Of a DNA stretch of 64,000 nt, positions 50,268 through 62,546 are shown one piece after another. The notes below the pieces were generated by a model. The model was not told where the DNA came from, ran no database searches, and saw nothing but the letters and a program-made list of their open reading frames with translations. Made by a program: the position numbers and the translations under genes. The stretch is from Squalus acanthias. Taxonomy: Eukaryota. The number at the start of each line of letters is the position of its first letter. The stretch's first letter is position 1. Location of the stretch: positions 12,340,001 through 12,404,000 of the forward strand of contig CM059433.1 in assembly GCA_030390025.1 (NCBI GenBank), given 5' to 3'.

Positions 50268-53197
50268 GGCTGTTAAATTCACCTCCATAGCGCGGTACTT
50301 TTGGCCATTTTTCGAAAATGCCGCTCCATTCAACACACTCTCCCGTGCGTTCAGCTGCATGAGGGACCCCCCGCCAACGCAACTTAAAGGGCTACATCCA
50401 ACTTGCAAGTAATTTGCTTATTGCTTTTGTACTGGCTCTTGCAGAGTTTGTTGGAGTACTGGGTTACTGTAAGAGATTTCGAAAGTTGTTAGTGTGCAGG
50501 GAGTGCTGCTAGATGTTGGGGAGGCATTGGCTGCCACTGGAAGGCCTCTGAGTCCACCACTTGCTCCCGGTCATGGGGGCTCTAGTTGCAGTCTCCCTTG
50601 TGCTGCAGCATGACAGGGAGATGGAGCAGAGGCAGCAAAGAAGACAAGCTGCTCACAGAGGGAGGAGGAGGAGGAGGGCTCTCAGCAGGAGGCTTTACCC
50701 AGCTAGGATCTTCAGGGAGCACTTCTCCTACCTGCACCTAAGCCGGGAGCAGCGTGTTCGGCGACTCTGCTTCACCAAGCAAGTGGTCAGAGAACTCTGC
50801 CGCCTCTTGGAACCAGAGCTGCAGCCTCAGAGCAGGGCGATGACGGCGCTGCCAGTGGACCTCAAGGTGACTGTGGCCCTGAATTTTTTTGCTAGCGGAT
50901 CCTTTCAGGATGGAACAGGCGACATAGCAAACATCTCACAGTTCGCTGTCCATTGCAGTGTCCGGGAGGTCACAGAGGCTCTGTACGCTAGGAGAGGGAA
51001 CTTCTTTGTCAACTCTCTAAACAGAAGCAGGAGTAGCACGCCAATGGTTTTGCCAGGATATCGGGCTTCAACATGGTGCAGGGTGCCATTGACTGCTTTG
51101 GGCGCCGCATCTCAATGGTGAGATGTACCATATCATGGTTTGATCCATAAGTGCGCTAATGGAGTTGCTCATCAGTTCCATCCGGGAAATCATGGTCTCC
51201 ACGCTCTGCACAAAGCCCAATGCAAAGTTGGTGCTGGACTCCTTCATGCTCCTTGACAGTGACAACAGGCTCTCTGGCAGGCCTACCAATGCACCAAGCA
51301 TTTCTGTATGCATGAACATCACCCTTCTTCTGTAGGCTGCCCGATCGAAGTCTTCGTCTGAGTCCTCTGCGGCAGAACTTGTGTATGACCTCGCCATCCA
51401 GGGAGTTGGCACCTGCGCTACCCTACCTCCCTGCCCTGGCTGCAGGCCATTCGTGCCCGGTGACTCACCACGTGCAGATTCCGCCTCAATACTACCCTCT
51501 AAAGTACGCACAGTGCCAGTATCTGCGCTGGTGCCTGCGAGTGTCAGATCGAGTGACCGGGTCTCTTCTTCTCCGACACTCTCCTCTTGCTCTTCCTGCA
51601 CTGGCTGGCTAAGTTGGAGTTCTTGCGTATCTGAAAGGAGAAAGGCACAAGGGTAGAGTTGTGTTGAGGGGAGGGGGAAACCAAGATGTGCATGATTACA
51701 CCATCAGCAGCTTGTAAGTGAGAAGAGATTGTGAGATGAGGGGGAAGTGGGGTGCCTCTGTGACGGCCCCACCCATGATGTCGAGCACCGTCTCCTCCAG
51801 CTGTGTAAGGATATGCGGGCTTGCTCGTCCCCCGCTGGTTAGTTGCTGCTGCTTTTGGTTATGAGCCATCATGCCCTGTAAGAGAAAGGGAAGTGTGTCA
51901 GTGAGTGTGGTGCAATGTGTTTGGGTGATGTGTGTGTCAGTGAGTGTGGTGCAATGTGTTTGGGTGATGTGTGTCAGTGAGTGTGGTGCAATGTGTTTGG
52001 GTGATGTGTGTCAGTGAGTGTGGTGCAATGTGTTTGGGTGAAGTGTGTGTCAGTGAGTGCGGTGCAATGTGTTTGGGTGATGTGTGTGTCAGTGAGTGTG
52101 GTGCAATGTGTTTGGGTGAAGTGTGTGTCAGTGAGTGTGGTGCAATGTGTTTGGGTGATGTGTGTGTCAGTGAGTGTGGTGCAATGTGTTATGGTGAAGT
52201 GTGTCAGTGAGTGTGGTGCAATGTGTTTGGGTGAAGTGTGTCAGTGAGTGTGATGCAATGTGTTTGGGTGATGTGTGAGTGAGTGTGGTGCAATGTGTTT
52301 GGGTGATGTGTGTGTCAGTGAGTGTGGTGCAATGCGTTTGGGTGAAGTGTGTCAGTGAGTGTGGTGCAATGCGTTTGGGTGAAGTGTGTCAGTGAGTGTG
52401 GTGCAATGTGTTTGGGTGATGTGTGTCAGTGAGTGTGGTACAATGTGTTTGGGTGATGTGCCTGTCATGGTTGTGTGTGTGCAAGCTGTGAGATGTGGGT
52501 GTGAGGCTTGCAGCAGTGGTAAGTGTGTGAGGGTGAGGTGAAGCTATGAATGTGAGGTTTGAGTCGTGATTGATAGAGATTGTTGGTAGGCGTGTTTTGG
52601 GGGTGTGGTGCATTGAGCAGTGTGTGAGGCTAATGGTGCAGTTGGCGGGTGATAGCTTTTGAAGATGCATTCACTGACCTTGACCACTCGTGTGAGCTCA
52701 TTGAACTTCTTTCAGCACTGGATTCAGGTCCTGGGGGCAAGACTGCTGGCAGTGAATGCTTTGGCTATCTGCTCCCACTGCCTGCTGACTGTGTGTCTAG
52801 AGTGCCTCCTGGCCCCCCCTGTGGATAGAGGGCCTGTCTGCCCCCTGCACTAAGGCCTTTAGTGCTGTGCAAGAGAACCTTGGTGCCCTTTCTCAGCCCT
52901 GTTGAGCCATTCTTCACTCACAGTTGCATTCATAAGTAGTTCCAGTAGCTGCTGAATGCAGAATGCACATCACCTTTAAGAGGTGCAGACTGCCTTTAAG
53001 ACGTGGAGGCTAGCTGCAAACAGACCTATCCTCGCACAAACTTTGGCCCCATGCTGACGCTCAGCCACTCAGCAGCGTGCTCAGCTGAACGCAGCAATCA
53101 TAATAATTAACAGGCATGATGGTTGCGTGCTGCCTGCATTACTTTGAACGGGCCCGGTCCTCATGCCCATTTTTGTGTCTAATCAAATTTTTGACCC
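50268..53197. mobile_element. Internally deleted Harbinger element: transposase 5' half (+, 50573-51110) joined to the Myb-like gene (-, ~52900-51115)
   Basis: ORF 50561-51121 (LYPARIFREHFSYL..KVTVALNFFASGSFQ). ORF 51068-51601 is homologous to 32566-33627. The junction follows GAIDC. Confidence 0.8.
51893..52460. repeat. Minisatellite, ~15 copies of a 35-39 bp unit GTCAGTGAGTGTGGTGCAATGTGTTTGGGTGA(TG)n
   Basis: Directly visible. Confidence 0.95.
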
Positions 53198-53530
53198 ATT
53201 TTCATGTTCTCAGGACATCCTGCAGCATTTTGTAACCAATGCATTAATTTTGAAGGGCAGTTACTGTTGTTGTGCAGGCAAACGTGCAGTCAGTTTACAC
53301 ACAGCAAGGTCCCACAAACGGCAAGTGAATGAACAGCCAGAAAATCTGCATTTTGTAGTGTTGGTTGATGGAGGAATGTTGGCCAGGACACTGGGAGTAC
53401 TAATGCCCTTCTTCAGATAGTACCATGAGAATTCCACCTTGGCAGCCAGACAGGGTCCCAGTTTAACATCTTATCTAAAAGTCTGCACCTCGGACAATGC
53501 AGTACTCATTCAGTACTGTGCTGAGGTGTC

Positions 53531-53985
53531 AGAAACATAGAAACATTCGGCCCCTCGAGCCTGCTCCGCCATTTAATGAGATCATGGCTGATCATCCAAA
53601 TTCAGTACCCTGTCCCTGCTTTCTCCCCATATCCCTTGATCCCTTTAGCCTTAAGAAATATATCTAACTCCTTCTTGAATATATTTAATGAATTGGCCTC
53701 AACTGCCTTCTGTGGTAGAGAATTCCACAGGTTCACCACTCTCTGGGTGAAAAAATTCTTCCTCATCTCAGTCCTAAATGGCTTACCCCTTATCCTTAGA
53801 CTGTGACCCCTGGTTCAGGACTCCCCCACCATCGGGAACATCCTTCCTGCATCTAGTCTGTCTAGTCCTGTTAGAATTTTATAAGTTTCAATGAGATCCC
53901 CTCTCATTCTTCTAAACTCTAGCGAATATAAGCCTAATCGACCCAATCTCTCTTCATACATCATTCCTGCCATCCCAGGTATTAG
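53531..53985 (-). mobile_element. CR1 3' fragment (same subfamily as 23859-25670), inside a decayed DeuSINE (53200-54070)
   Basis: Near-identical to 23890-24330. Confidence 0.88.
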
Positions 53986-54499
53986 TCAGCCTGGCTTATC
54001 TACCCAGTCTTTAGTGTGGCTTGAACCCACAACCTTCTGACTCACAGAGGAGAGAGTGCTACAGGCTGAGGTAAACTAACAAATAGTAATTTGACACAAT
54101 GCAGGATATTGTGAATAGGAGACAATATAGATCTGTGCGTTTGCTTTTCTCTATGATGGACTGATGCTGTTCATTTTCTAGCACATGTATTGGTATTTTC
54201 GATGGTGGTGGGGAGCTAGATGGTCTGGCTGCAGCATCGCCTCGAGAGACAGCAACCTCATCCCTACCTATCGCAACCATGCCCTTGTTGCTGAACACTC
54301 TCTCAGTATGTTCAGTGATTTGTGTGTGGGAGTAGTCCTCTGGACAACTAAGACAGCAGTGAAACCTTGGGTAATGTCTCTCTTCATCAGGTTCCCCCAG
54401 CAAGCTGAGCCTGCTGTTGTTTGATCCAAAGGCATTCATAGCAGCTGTATGAGCATTCATGAAAGATACGTCCACTGTGTGAAATACATTGTGTGAAAT

Positions 54500-55314
54500 A
54501 AATCATCAACACAGATACCACCATCACACATGAGGACACTACCCACCAGGTACATGGTACATACTCATGTGACTCGGCCAACGTTGTCTACCTCATACGT
54601 TGCAGGAAAGAATGCACCGTGGCATGGTACATCGGCGAGACCATGCAGACACTGAGACAACGTATGAACGAGCACCACGCAACAATCGCCAGGCAGGATT
54701 GTTACCTCCCAGTCGGGGAACACTTCAGCAGTCAAGGACATTCAGCCTCGGATCTGCGGGTAAGCGTTCTCCAAGGCAACCTTAGAAACACACGACAACG
54801 CAAAATCATCGAGCAGAAACTGATAGCCAAGTTCCGCACTCATGAAGACGGTCTCAACCGGGATCTTGGGTTTATGTCACGATACATGACGTGATCCGGA
54901 CTCGAGTCGTCGTTGGCTTATTCACAGATGTGATTCCCAGTAAAAAAGTAAAAATTTTCCCAGTAAAAAAGTAAAAATTTTAAAGCTTTTCGTTTTACAT
55001 ACAGACGGCAGCTTTTGACACGTTAGAACCCCTGCGACTACACCTCATTGTCTCAGTTGTATCTTGCTATGTCTTTGATGTGGTACCTTCCTGGCTGACC
55101 TGATTAACTTTATCACACCTCGGCAGATAGTCAGGATGATTTAATTTAGTTGTCTGCAATTGTAAGGTACACATGCTTTGTTGTCTATCTATATATGCTT
55201 TGGCGATTCTGTATCTATTTACTTCACCTGAGGAAGGGGCAATCGATAGCTCCGAAAGCTTGTGATTTCAAATAAAACTGTTGGACTATAACCTGGTGTT
55301 GTGCGACCTCTCAA
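54500..55314 (+). mobile_element. Penelope family 2 3' part: GIY-YIG endonuclease and 3' UTR with hammerhead (55224-55265)
   Basis: SCDSANVVYLIRC..WYIGETMQTLRQRMNEH..EQKLI..GLNRD. Confidence 0.9.
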
Positions 55315-55737
55315 TTTTGAAATACATTGGCCACTGGGGCTCAGCTCTGCATGGTGGACTGCAGTTCCAATAAAACAATCATGCACGGTGCCCAGGTGGA
55401 GATGGTGGATTCTTCCACAGTCACTGCCAACCGTTGCTAATTGTTGTGCATTATATCAGATGGCTCCAGAAGATTATCATGCTCACACAACAACCTGTTA
55501 TATGTAGGCTCCATGAGATCTGCATCCCAGTGCTCTGTAGCTAAGGAAGAGCACAAGTTGACCCTCCACCCAGTGGATTTCTGCTCTTGCATTGCTACCA
55601 CCACGTACTCCTCTTCACTGGTGCTCTGTGGTTCATTCAGTGCTCCATCCTCAAGCTTATACTATCTAAATTCCCTGGGGCAAATGTATGTCTGCTGGTA
55701 GATTGAGTAACACAGGGTGCTATTAGGCACTAGCTTC

Positions 55738-56480
55738 TGTAAACCTTTCTCTTACTACAGTTCGGACTTCGAGAATTACGAATAAGCGTAACAATGACAG
55801 ACAAGTTTGTGATCAATAAAATTGGTCTTTATTCACACTAGAGTTCAAAATTCAAGTATACAATCGCAATCAATATGCGCCCAATTTACCCGTACATAAA
55901 AGTATTTCCCAGCAATTTACACGCTACCTCTGAGCGATTTATATTCCAAGTCAACCATACATAAAAGTTCCCCTTTTAACAATATCTAAGCTCTATGTCT
56001 GACTTTCATACATACTCCTTTATCTCTGGGTGATCGGTCCAGGGCGAGTTGTAAGTGGAAACATCGACTGACCAATTTTCTCTGTTCGTCTGTTCTTCTT
56101 CTGTGTTCTTTCTGTGTTCTGAATTTCCCGCCTATGGATCACTCTTTTTAGTGCCTTTCTGTCGGCCCCACTCGTATATCACTGTCTGCCTCCCTCTGAT
56201 AGGTCAGTTTCACTCCAAATCTTCCCTGATGGGAGTTCCTTCCACATGACACGTTCACGTTCCTGTGAAGTGTGTGGGGGGCGGGACTTCCGTGCCACTC
56301 ATTTTTCTCCTTCCTCTCCATGTGGTCTTACAAACAAAGGACCATATGCTGACCACCAGGCAAAGGACCCCCTGCTGACTTCCACCATTTTGAATCCGTC
56401 TGTAACCATTTCACAATTCATTCTGAACTTTGATCTCCACACGGTAGCAGCGGTTTTATTACAATTTTCAGAATCTTTCA
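55738..56480 (-). mobile_element. Solo LTR (743 bp)
   Basis: Minus strand TGAAAGA...GGTTTACA. Exact 4-bp TSD CTTC (55734-37 / 56481-84). Minus-strand AATAAA at 55828-33. Confidence 0.75.
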
Positions 56481-56784
56481 CTTCTAGTTCCCTGGGAACT
56501 ATGACCACTTCTTGGGGATGCCGATAGAAACAGAAGAGTATGTATATTGGACTGCTGGCTGTAAATCACATCTTCAAACAATGCTTGCCCATCAATATAC
56601 TGTGTGTCATCAGGTATTGTGCTTGAGTGTATGCATGTGTGAAAGTGAGTAAGTGAATAAGGAGAGAAGAAATAACAATGATGGTACTAGCTCTGAACTT
56701 GGGGGAGGTCTCCAGCTTCACTCTCCTCTCTTCCCACTGCTCACTGCCAATCATATCCAAAGTGGCCTTCTTGAGTTTTTTTTA

Positions 56785-57488
56785 AAGAAGTGATCGATTG
56801 GTTAGATAAAGGAGATGCAGTACATGCAGTGTGTATGGATTTTAGCAAGACATTTCATAAGGTTTTTCACAAGGAGCTTGTTAGAAACATTCAGGCATAT
56901 GGTGTAAGAGGATGATTAGAAAAAAGGATGGAAAGCTGGTTAACAAACTGAAAACAAAGAGTTAGGATAAATGGCTGTTACTTGGAGTGGAGAAAAGTTG
57001 GAAATGGGAGATATCAGGGCTCAGTGCTTTTTTTCTCAGTATATGTAGACGATTTGAACTTAGCATAGGAAGCACAATCTCAACATTTCCACAAGAACAT
57101 AAGAATTAGGAGCAGGAGTAGGCCATACGGCCCCTCGAGCCTGCTCCGCCATTCAATAAGATCATGGCTGATCTTTGACCTCAACTCCACTTTCCTGCTC
57201 TATCCCCATATCTCTTGATCCCTCTGAAGTCCAAAAATCTATCTATCTCAGCCTTGAATATACTCAACGACTGAGCATCCACAGCACTTTGGGGTAGAGA
57301 ATTCCAAAGATTCACAAACCTCTGAGTGAAGAAATTCCTCTTCATCTCAGTCTTAAAAGGCTGGCCCCTTATCCTGAGACTATGCCCCCTAGTTCTAGAC
57401 TCTCCAGCCAGGGGAAACAATCTCTCAGCATCTATCCTGTCAATTCCCCTCAGATTATAGGCCCAATCTACTCAATCTCCCCTCATAG
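56785..57488. mobile_element. Old CR1 RT fragment (+, 56785-57090) and CR1 3' end (-, 57094-57488)
   Basis: Decayed YMDFSK motif; ORF 57181-57420. Confidence 0.75.
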
Positions 57489-59882
57489 GGCACAGAATGT
57501 ACTCTAGATGGGGGACTTCAATGTCCATCACCAAGAGGACATAACTGCCAGTCTGGGCCTGCAACAGGTGGTGAGTGAACCAACAAGAGGGAAAAACCTA
57601 CTTGACCTCGTCCTCACCAATCTACCTGTCGCAGATGCATCTGTCCATGACAGCATTGGCAGCAGTGACCACTGCACAGTCATTGTGGAGACAAAGTCCC
57701 GTCTTCACACTGAGAACACCCTCCATCATGTTGTGTGGCACTACCACCGTGCTAAATGGGATAGATTCAGAACAGATCTAGCAGCTCAAAACTGGGCAGC
57801 CATGAGGCGCTGTGGGCCATCAGCAGCAGCAGAATTGTATTCCACCACAATCTGTAACCTCATGGCCCGGCATATCCCTCACTCTACCATTATCACCAAA
57901 CCAGGGGACCAACCCTGGTTCAACAACGAGTGTAGAAGAGCATGCCAGCAGCAGCACCAGGCGTACCTAAAAATGAGGTGCCAACCTGGGGAAGCTGCAA
58001 CACAGGACTACATGCATGCTAAAAAGCGGAAGCAGCATGCTATAGACAGGGCAAAGCAATCCCACAATCAACGGATCAGATCAAAGCTCTGCAGTCCTGC
58101 CACATCCAGTCGTGAATGGTGGTGGACCATTAAACAACTAACGGGAGGAGGAGGCTCCAAGAATATCCCCATCCTCAATGATGGTGGAGCCCAGCATGTG
58201 AGTGCAAAAGACAAGGCTGAAGCGTTTGCAACCAACTTCAGCCAGAAGTGCCGAGTGCATGATCCATATTGGCCTACTCCCGAGGTCCCCACCATCACAG
58301 AAGCCAGTCTTCAGCCAATTCAATTCACTCCACGTGATATCAAGAAGCGGCTGAGCGCACTGGATACAGCAAAGGCTATGGGCCCCGACAACATCCCGGC
58401 TATCGTGCTGAAGACTTGCGCTCCAGAACTGGCCGCTACTCTAGCCAGGCTGTTCCAGTACAGCTACAACACTGACATCTATCCGATAATGTGGAAAACT
58501 GCCCAGGTATGTCCTGTCCACAAAATGCAGGACAAATCCAACCCGACCAATTACCGCCCCATCAGTCTACTCTCAATCATCAGCAAAGTGATGGAAGGTG
58601 TCATCGACAGTGCTATCAAGCGGCACTTACTCACCAATAACCTGCTCACTGATGCCCAGTTTGGGTTCCGCCAAGACCACTCGGCTCCCGACCTCATTAC
58701 AGCCTTGGTCCAAACTTGGACAAAGGAGCTGAATTCCAGAGGTGAGGTGAGAGTGACTGCCCTTGACATCAAGGCAGCATTTGACCGAGTCTGGCATCAA
58801 GGAGCCCTAGTAAAACTGAAGTCAATGGGAATCAGGGGGAAAACGCTCCACTGGCTGGAGTCATACCTAGCACAAAGGAAGATGGTTGTGGTGGTTGAAG
58901 GTCAATCATCACAGCCCAAGGACATCGCTGCAGGAGTTCCTCTGGGCAGTGTCCTAGGCCCAACCATCTTCAGCTGCTTCATCAATGACCTTCCCTCCAA
59001 CATAAGGTCAGAAATGGGGTTGTTCGCTGATGACTGCACAGTGTTCAGCGCCATTCGCAACTCCACAGATAATGAAGCAGTCCATGCCCGCATACAACAA
59101 GACCTGGACGACGTTCAGGCTTGGGCTGATAAGTGGCAGGAAACATTTGCGCCACAGAAGTGCCAGACAATGACTATCTCCAACAAGCGAGAGTCTAACC
59201 ACCTCCCCTTGACATTCAATGGCATTACCATTGCCGAATCCCCCACTATCAACATCCTGGGGGTCACCATTAACCAGAAACTTAAACTGGACTAGCCACA
59301 TAAATACTGTGGCAACAAGAGCAGGTCAGAGGCTAGGTATTCTGTGGCGAGTGTCTCACCTCCTGACTCCCCAAAGCCTTTCCACCATCTCCAAGGCACA
59401 AGTAAGGAGTGTGATGGAATACTCTCCACTTGCCTGGATGAGTGCAGCTCCAACAACACTCAAGAAGCTCGACACCATCCAGGACAAAGCAGCCCGCTTG
59501 ATTGGCACACCATCCACCACCTTAAACATTCACTCCCTCCACCACCGGCGCACCGTGGCTGCAGTGTGTACCATCTACAAGATGCACTGCAGCAACTGAC
59601 CAAGGCTTCTTCGGCAGCACCTCCCAAACCCGTGACCTCTTCCACCTAGAAGGACAAGGGCAGCAGGCGCATGGGAACACCACCACCTCCAAATTCCCCT
59701 CCAAGGCACACACCATCCTGACTTAGAAGTATATCGCCGATCCTTCATCGTCGCTGGGTCAAAATCCTGGAACTCCCTCCCTAACAGCACTGTGGGAGCA
59801 CCATCACCACACGGACTGCAGCAGTTCAAGAAGGCGGCTCACCCCCACCTTCTCAAGGGCAATTAGGGATGGGCAATAAATG
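57488..59882 (+). mobile_element. LINE family B (CR1/L2/Jockey group) ORF2: C-terminal endonuclease part and RT, with one frameshift near 59285
   Basis: GDFNVHH, LDLVLTN, SDH (APE endonuclease). NYRPISLLS, ALDIKAAFDRVWH, GSVLGP, FADD (RT). Source of the many tail fragments in the window. Confidence 0.93.
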
Positions 59883-60323
59883 TCGGCATAAATTGCTCAA
59901 TGTCTGATTATTATAACCTCTGTGAATTGCTTTGGGCTGTCTTATTATGTTAAAAGAATTACATAAGTGCCAGTTGTTGTTGAGTATGCCTTAATTGTGT
60001 GCCTCCAGCCACAATGCAGTGGGTGCTCCCGATATTGTCTGACCTGGGAAATTTGGCAGAGTCAAGCCTGGCCATTGCTCAGTTAGGAACCTGCCTGGCA
60101 ATATCGGGTGCAGTCGGCTTGAAAGTTGTGTAAAGCACTTGGAGACATTATAAGGCACAATCACTTGTGACCGGTGGGCATTGCACAGCACATCTTTTTT
60201 ATTTTCCTTGTCTTTACTGTTTTTAATTTAACTTTCACTGTTTAAAAATTTTTGAAATAGCTGTGGCTCAGTGGGTAGCACTCTCTCGCGTCTGAGTCAG
60301 AAGGTTGCGGGTTCAAGACCCAC

Positions 60324-60622
60324 TACTCACCTCGGTGACCCTGGCGGGGTTCGGAGCCTTCGGGAAGCCCGCACTTGTGTGGGTAAAATGGGGATAATCC
60401 TCTTATCTGCCTGTTGACTACCTGTTAACAGGCAGTTAAGTGGCTGTAATCCCCCTTCCCGCCTCCAGGAGACGGGACCTGGCGCGGGTCGGCTACCCAC
60501 CTCCTGGCAAGATGGCACGGAGGCGGGTTGGGGACGGGATGGGCACCCGCCCCCAGATTCTGCCATTTTCCCAGCAGTCCCGCCTCCAATCCCGCCTCCC
60601 CAGGGCTGGCAAGATCGCGCCC
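60324..60622. mobile_element. MITE family A right half, adjoining a DeuSINE head (60258-60323)
   Basis: Near-identical to 675-960; ends GGCAAGATCGCGCCC. Confidence 0.8.
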
Positions 60623-60780
60623 TTGATTCTGTATCACTCTTCACTCCGAATAAAAAGTGTCACTCTTGTCACTAAATTTCACTTTCTTGGCTAAGGATTG
60701 CTTGGAGCCTGGTTGGCTCAATTTTTAAGGGAGAACCGCCTCCTGTCTGACCCCTTCAACAGAACCTCCAGAACTGAACC

Positions 60781-62546
60781 CTGACCAATTTTCCCCCCCA
60801 AAAAACCGGGTGGGCTTGGAGCGTGGGGGCAGTTAAATTGTTAAAAATGGGATTCCCAACCTGATCCCGCCTCCAACCCACCCACTTCCTGTTTTGCTGG
60901 AGGCGGAACGGGGGGGTGGGTGGGGGGTGGGTGGGTGGAGAGAGTGGGGGGGCGGCGACCAACCAGCTCCCAGGGGACGGTACCTCAATTTAAATATGGT
61001 AATGAGGCTGGCAGCCTCTGTTTCCCTGTCCATTTTGAATTTAACTGCCCGGGGACGGGTTTCACACAATTCGTGAGACCCGGCAGTTAAATTGCTGCAT
61101 CCAGGAGGTAAGTGGATTTATACCTACCTGCTGGATCCAGGGACCCGACCTAATCCACGTCCTGCGATTGGAGACCCCACCACGAGGCCTCCGATCACCT
61201 CCCCAGGCCTCCCCCCACCCCCCACCCCAAGTCTCTTCCCCCATCCCCCCGCCCCCCCCCCCAACGATGATGATGAGGCTGGCCCCGATCCTCCGGCCCG
61301 CCCTGCCAATCCTCTGCACCCCTAATCCCTGGCCGACCCACCCCGCGATCCCCAATCTCTCCCTCAGATCTCCCCGTCCCCACCGCGATCCCCGACCACC
61401 CCCGCAATTCCTGACCAGCCCCCCACCGCCTGCAGATCCCAGACCTCCCTGATCCCCGATCCCCTACCAATCCTGCAATCCCCACCGCTGATCTTCTCGA
61501 CCCCCTCCCGATTCCCGACCCCCTCCCGATTCCCGACCCCCCTTCGCCAATTCCCGACCCCTTCCCGATTCCCGACCCCCCCCTCGCCAATTCCCGACCC
61601 CTTCCCGATTCCCGACCCCCCCTCGCCAATTCCCGACCCCTTCCTGATTCCCGACCGCCCCCTCGCCAATTCCCGACTCCTTCCTGATTCCCAACACCCC
61701 CCTCGCCAATTCCTGACCCCTTCCCGATTCCCAACCCCCGCCCCCCCCTCCGCCGATTGTCGAACCCCTCCTGATTCCCGACCCCCCCATCTTCTCCCGC
61801 CCCGCCGATTCCCGACACCCCTCCCCCGGACAGACCCCTGACAACTGAGGCCTACCTTCCCCGCAGCATGTATTCAAATTTACATTTACAATTCAGGCAC
61901 GACCCCAGCACTGGTAACAACCGACGTGCCGAAACTGATGCACACGAGGACCATGAAAAATAGGCCCACTTGGGTCATCAGGACGTGATCGGCGAGCTTG
62001 GGGCTAGTTACGCCCCAAGAGGCAGTGTGCCGGTCGCGAAGAGGAGGAAAGTCAGCCGGCGGGGACGTGGGCCCCAGCTGTAGGGTAAGTCTAGGATGGG
62101 AGGGGGAGGAGTTCGGAATGGGGGCGAGCAGTGGCTGGCAGTCGCCTGCACTCCTGCTCCTCCAGGCTCTGGATTCAGGTTAGGTAACTTTTTTTTTTGC
62201 TGACCTTTTTCTTGGCAACCTCCAACGGTCCCTTTTCAGGACTGCTCGTTTGGCTGCTTTAGGGTCGAGTAAACTTGACTGCAACATGCACGACGCATGC
62301 TGTGATCAGTCGCGATCCAATTACCAAAGGGACCTGAACTGGGCGTTAGGCCACTGCCTATGCGAATGGAGGGCCTAACGCTAGTTTCAGGTTGGCACCT
62401 GGGATGACTAAGGGATGCCCCTAACCATTTGGGACACTGCGCTCTCTATGGCCCGGCCTGAAATGTGCGCAATCTGCATGGCATATTAAACACTTCAGTG
62501 CCCATTTCTAACCCGAAAAACGGAGTGCACGATTCAACTTCCAGGG
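60781..62546. mobile_element. Harbinger-type non-autonomous element (family D-like) with internal C-rich tandem repeats (~61480-61820)
   Basis: Subterminal motifs shared with 20715-21656 (CCCACTTCC..GGAGGCGG, TTTAAATAT..AATGAG). ATTCCCGACCCC repeats. Confidence 0.6.

Noticed and set aside
51893..52460. Regular ~37-bp repeats that superficially resemble a CRISPR array
   Set aside because: No unique spacers, no cas genes, and a vertebrate context; it is a plain tandem repeat.
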